A stretch of 64,000 bases of DNA from a virus (taxonomy: Duplodnaviria > Caudoviricetes): the IMG/VR virus record IMGVR_UViG_3300030117_007612, positions 139,369 through 203,368 of that record; one strand, 5' to 3'. Each line of letters starts with the position of its first letter. The stretch's first letter is position 1. Below the pieces are notes generated by a model. The model saw only the letters and a list, made by a program, of their open reading frames with translations. It was not told where the DNA came from and searched no databases. The translations under genes were made by a program, and so were the position numbers. Of this stretch, positions 61,420 to 64,000 are shown piece after piece.

Positions 61420-62649
61420 ATGCCAGACACCAAAAAACCATTTGATCTCAACATGCACACCGCTCGCCTTCTGATGAATGAGCCTTTCTTTGCCGCGCTC
61501 TCGCGGAGCATTGAGAAGGTTCCATCAACATCGGTGCCAACGGCGGGGGTTCGTGTCAACCCTGACACGGCCCGCTTTGAACTGATGTTCAATCCTGAGT
61601 TCATGGGTGCTCTCTCTGATGCTCACAAGCTGGGTGTGCTCAAGCATGAGTTTTATCACATCATTCTGGAGCACGTGACGGGCCGGAAACCTGCTGGTGG
61701 ACTCAAGCGGATTGATAATATCGCGATGGATCTGGCCATCAATTGTCACATCGCCAACGAACTACCTAACGAGGCCAACCCCGGCCCCGTCATCAATGGT
61801 GAGCCCATGAAGGCATGCATCCCCGGCGAGGGCCTGTTCAGCCACCTGCCCCCTAACCAGACTTACGAATGGTACAGGGCCAAGCTGGAAGATGAAATGA
61901 AAGAGAGCGAAGATGGTGAAGGCGGCGAGGGCGGCGAGGGCGGCGAGCCACAGTGGGCCGATGCCGATTCGCTTGATTCGCATGACAACTTTGGCGATAG
62001 CGAGGGTACAACTAAAGAAATCGCTAAGGAGCGACTTCGCGAGTCGGTCAAGAAGGCTGCACAAGAGGCAGAGAAGGCCCGCAACTGGGGCACCGTCTCA
62101 TCCTCCATGCGTCAGTCCATCATGGAGCGCATATCTACTAAAGTAGATTGGCGCAAAGTTCTTCGATACTTCATCAAGACCTCGCAACGCTCTGACCGCA
62201 TGAGTACGCCACGCCGACTCAACAAGCGGTTCCCCAAGATTCACCCCGGCAAGCGTGTGCGTCGTCACGCCAAGATTGCAATCTCTATCGATCAGTCTGG
62301 ATCCGTCGATGATGGCATGCTGACCGCGTTCTTTTCGGAATTGAACAAGCTGGCAGAAATCGCTGAGTTTACCGTTGTGCCCTTCGATACTCGCGTGGCC
62401 GAGGATAAGGTATATACATGGAAGAAAGGCCAGTCACGGGCCACTGAGCGCGTTCTAACGGGCGGTACATGCTTCAACGCGCCAACAAAGTACGTCAATG
62501 AGCGCAATTTTGATGGTCACATCGTTCTGACCGATATGTGCGCTCCCAAGCCTATCGCAAGTCGCTGCCAACGCATGTGGATGACCACCAGCGCCTACGC
62601 ATCGCGGCCATACTTCGCAACTACCGAGCGAGTTATCTCGGTTGATTGA
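61420..62649 (+). CDS. Metallopeptidase-like plus vWA domain protein (DUF2201-type)
   Basis: HEFYH (HExxH), N.A.D..IN, acidic EGGEGGEGGE linker, MIDAS DQSGS, GGT, LTD. Confidence 0.85.
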   Translation: MPDTKKPFDLNMHTARLLMNEPFFAALSRSIEKVPSTSVPTAGVRVNPDTARFELMFNPEFMGALSDAHKLGVLKHEFYHIILEHVTGRKPAGGLKRIDNIAMDLAINCHIANELPNEANPGPVINGEPMKACIPGEGLFSHLPPNQTYEWYRAKLEDEMKESEDGEGGEGGEGGEPQWADADSLDSHDNFGDSEGTTKEIAKERLRESVKKAAQEAEKARNWGTVSSSMRQSIMERISTKVDWRKVLRYFIKTSQRSDRMSTPRRLNKRFPKIHPGKRVRRHAKIAISIDQSGSVDDGMLTAFFSELNKLAEIAEFTVVPFDTRVAEDKVYTWKKGQSRATERVLTGGTCFNAPTKYVNERNFDGHIVLTDMCAPKPIASRCQRMWMTTSAYASRPYFATTERVISVD

Positions 62650-62700
62650 CATTTCCTTGACAGCAGAGGCATTGACTTGTGCCTCTGCTTTTGTTATATT
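62646..62700 (+). promoter_or_regulatory. Early promoter module, 11/15 type, overlapping a hairpin
   Basis: TTGACA(62646), TTGACA(62657), TTGACT(62672)-N17-TATATT; GCAGAGGC/GCCTCTGC inverted repeat plus TTTT. Confidence 0.8.
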
Positions 62701-62723
62701 ATATGTATAGAAAGGAGAAAGAA

Positions 62724-63068
62724 ATGGCATATCTACAAAAAGACGATCTGGTAATCATTCGCAACCCTGACGGTACGATTCAGGCGCGAGTGGTTGACAT
62801 GCAATTCCGTCGCTTCCGTCGTAGCTGGAAAGACAAGAAGACCGGCGAGACAAAAAGTCGTTGGAAATCAGTGCCTTACGCGATCTGCGAATGCTTCATT
62901 GGCGCGCCCGCCGGGACAGAATTTTTGATCCCCGGCTACAAGCTGAAGAACGAAACGAAAGACGGCGAACGGCTTCTTGTCCTCCGCGACAAATACGCGG
63001 CAGAGTTTAACGGCGAGTGGGTCAGCAAAATGTTGGCCGACAGCAAACAGAAGAGGGCCAGCGCGTGA
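62724..63068 (+). CDS. Hypothetical basic beta-rich protein
   Basis: Start set at MAYLQKDDLV with AAGGAG SD. Confidence 0.7.
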   Translation: MAYLQKDDLVIIRNPDGTIQARVVDMQFRRFRRSWKDKKTGETKSRWKSVPYAICECFIGAPAGTEFLIPGYKLKNETKDGERLLVLRDKYAAEFNGEWVSKMLADSKQKRASA

Positions 63069-63397
63069 GGGTTTGGGTGCTGCAAGGCAGCTATGAAAAT
63101 GAGTTGTTTAGTTCGGTCCACTTGACGGAGAAGGGTTGCGTCCTCGCATGCATCTCTGATGTGTTGGATTTCTTGGGCGTCGATAACGAAGAGTGCGCGC
63201 GCCGAGTGATGAATGATCACCTGACCCATTTAGACAAACAACCGCCAGAACTGATTGAGTGGGATTTTGAGAAAATGAGTTCAATGACCCGCAAGCAGCT
63301 CTGGAGAATCTTTCATGACTGGACTGAAACTGTATGGGACACGATGTGCGATCGGTCTTATTACATCGACGCTGGGCCTTATACAATTCAGGCTTGA
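63065..63397 (+). CDS. Hypothetical protein
   Basis: GTGA overlap; VRVWVLQGSYE...; stop lies within the next promoter module. Confidence 0.65.
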   Translation: MRVWVLQGSYENELFSSVHLTEKGCVLACISDVLDFLGVDNEECARRVMNDHLTHLDKQPPELIEWDFEKMSSMTRKQLWRIFHDWTETVWDTMCDRSYYIDAGPYTIQA

Positions 63398-63448
63398 CAT
63401 TCACTTGACAACTTAAACCTTGACTTCTACCGGCGCTGATGCTATATT
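63394..63448 (+). promoter_or_regulatory. Early promoter module, 11/15 type
   Basis: TTGACA(63394), TTGACA(63405), TTGACT(63420)-N17-TATATT. Confidence 0.8.
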
Positions 63449-63471
63449 ATAAGGGTAGAAAGGAGAAGCAA

Positions 63472-63600
63472 ATGGGCAAAACAGCCATTCAACTCGGGCG
63501 CAATCATATGATGATTGGCATGATCATCGCTGACCTCACATGCTGGTCAACTCTTATTTTTCTCGCCTTTAAGTGGGCGACTTGCACGTGCGGAGGTTAA
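63472..63600 (+). CDS. Small single-TM protein (42 aa)
   Basis: AAGGAG SD; MGKTAIQLGRNHMMIGMIIADLTCWSTLIFLAFKWATCTCGG. Confidence 0.5.
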   Translation: MGKTAIQLGRNHMMIGMIIADLTCWSTLIFLAFKWATCTCGG

Positions 63601-63601
63601 A

Positions 63602-63772
63602 GTGGATCTGACCACCGATGAAATCATCGACCTGATCGACTGCGTGAACAACCGCATCGACGATCTCACAGACTGCGCCATGTTTGGCGATGCCGATGAG
63701 ATTGAGGGCGAAATCGAGAGGATGAGCGCCCTGATCGTTAAACTTGAGGATGAGGTAAGCCATGAACATTGA
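63602..63772 (+). CDS. Small acidic helical protein
   Basis: GTG start with GGAGG SD; MDLTTDEIIDLIDCVNNRIDDL... Confidence 0.6.
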   Translation: MDLTTDEIIDLIDCVNNRIDDLTDCAMFGDADEIEGEIERMSALIVKLEDEVSHEH

Positions 63773-64000
63773 TTTAACCGAGCGCGAGATTCAACTTTTG
63801 ATGATGTGTATCGAAACCAACATCGAAACCATCAAGCGCAGACACAACGAGAACGATCCAGAAATTGCTGATTTAATTTTCGAATTGCAGGACTTGGATA
63901 TGGATCTTTGGGAATTGACGGCTCGACCTTGCCAGACTCGGCCCGATCCAGACCTCGATACCACCGATCTGGATTTGGTTGGCCGCACTTTTGAAGTCGC
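63762..64000 (+). CDS. Small acidic helical protein, paralog-like to the upstream gene (3' truncated)
   Basis: GAGGT SD; MNIDLTEREIQLLMMCIETNI...; shares DLT..EI..L..C...I. Confidence 0.55.
   Translation, partial: MNIDLTEREIQLLMMCIETNIETIKRRHNENDPEIADLIFELQDLDMDLWELTARPCQTRPDPDLDTTDLDLVGRTFEV

Noticed and set aside
61913-61950. GGCGGCGAG tandem repeat as a separate repeat element
   Set aside because: It is an in-frame acidic (GGE)3 linker between the peptidase-like and vWA domains.
930-63988. Minus-strand ORFs in the supplied track (e.g. 3463-3858, 4855-5337, 20891-21481, 56564-57181, 60280-60690)
   Set aside because: All are antisense shadows of well-supported plus-strand genes, with no recognisable motifs or SD sites.
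1-64000. Alternative genetic code (stop-codon recoding)
   Set aside because: Long conserved genes are uninterrupted in code 11, TAA, TAG and TGA all end genes, and no suppressor tRNA was found.

Overview
64 kb of a large (jumbo-type) contractile-tailed dsDNA bacteriophage genome. Every convincing gene is on the + strand and reads in the standard bacterial code. Order: (1) tail module: sheath, tube, assembly chaperone pair with a probable programmed frameshift, tape measure, two paralogous baseplate/tube-initiator proteins, LysM-type protein, hub (1-13.1 kb); (2) replication, repair and nucleotide metabolism: reduced family A polymerase, divergent tubulin/FtsZ, gp32-like SSB, RecA, UvsE, 5'-3' exonuclease, DnaB-type helicase, class II RNR, GroES, DnaE, adenine MTase, IMPDH/GMPR (13.1-33 kb); (3) a mixed region with ClpP, an L,D-transpeptidase-like protein, GroEL, PMM, several late-promoter genes that look like head cargo, three canonical tRNAs and MgtC (33-51 kb); (4) an early/accessory region (51-64 kb). 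The most unusual signals are: a family of 24 tiny SH3/KOW-like genes, most joined by a conserved ~31-bp dual-coding junction repeat; an 82-nt CCA-ending tRNA-like gene (anticodon UAU) with no D-arm and a D-loop-like sequence 3' of the anticodon arm; and 12 early promoter modules with three -35-like hexamers at fixed spacing. All family assignments come from motif recognition by eye. No database search or folding program was run, so novelty is untested.
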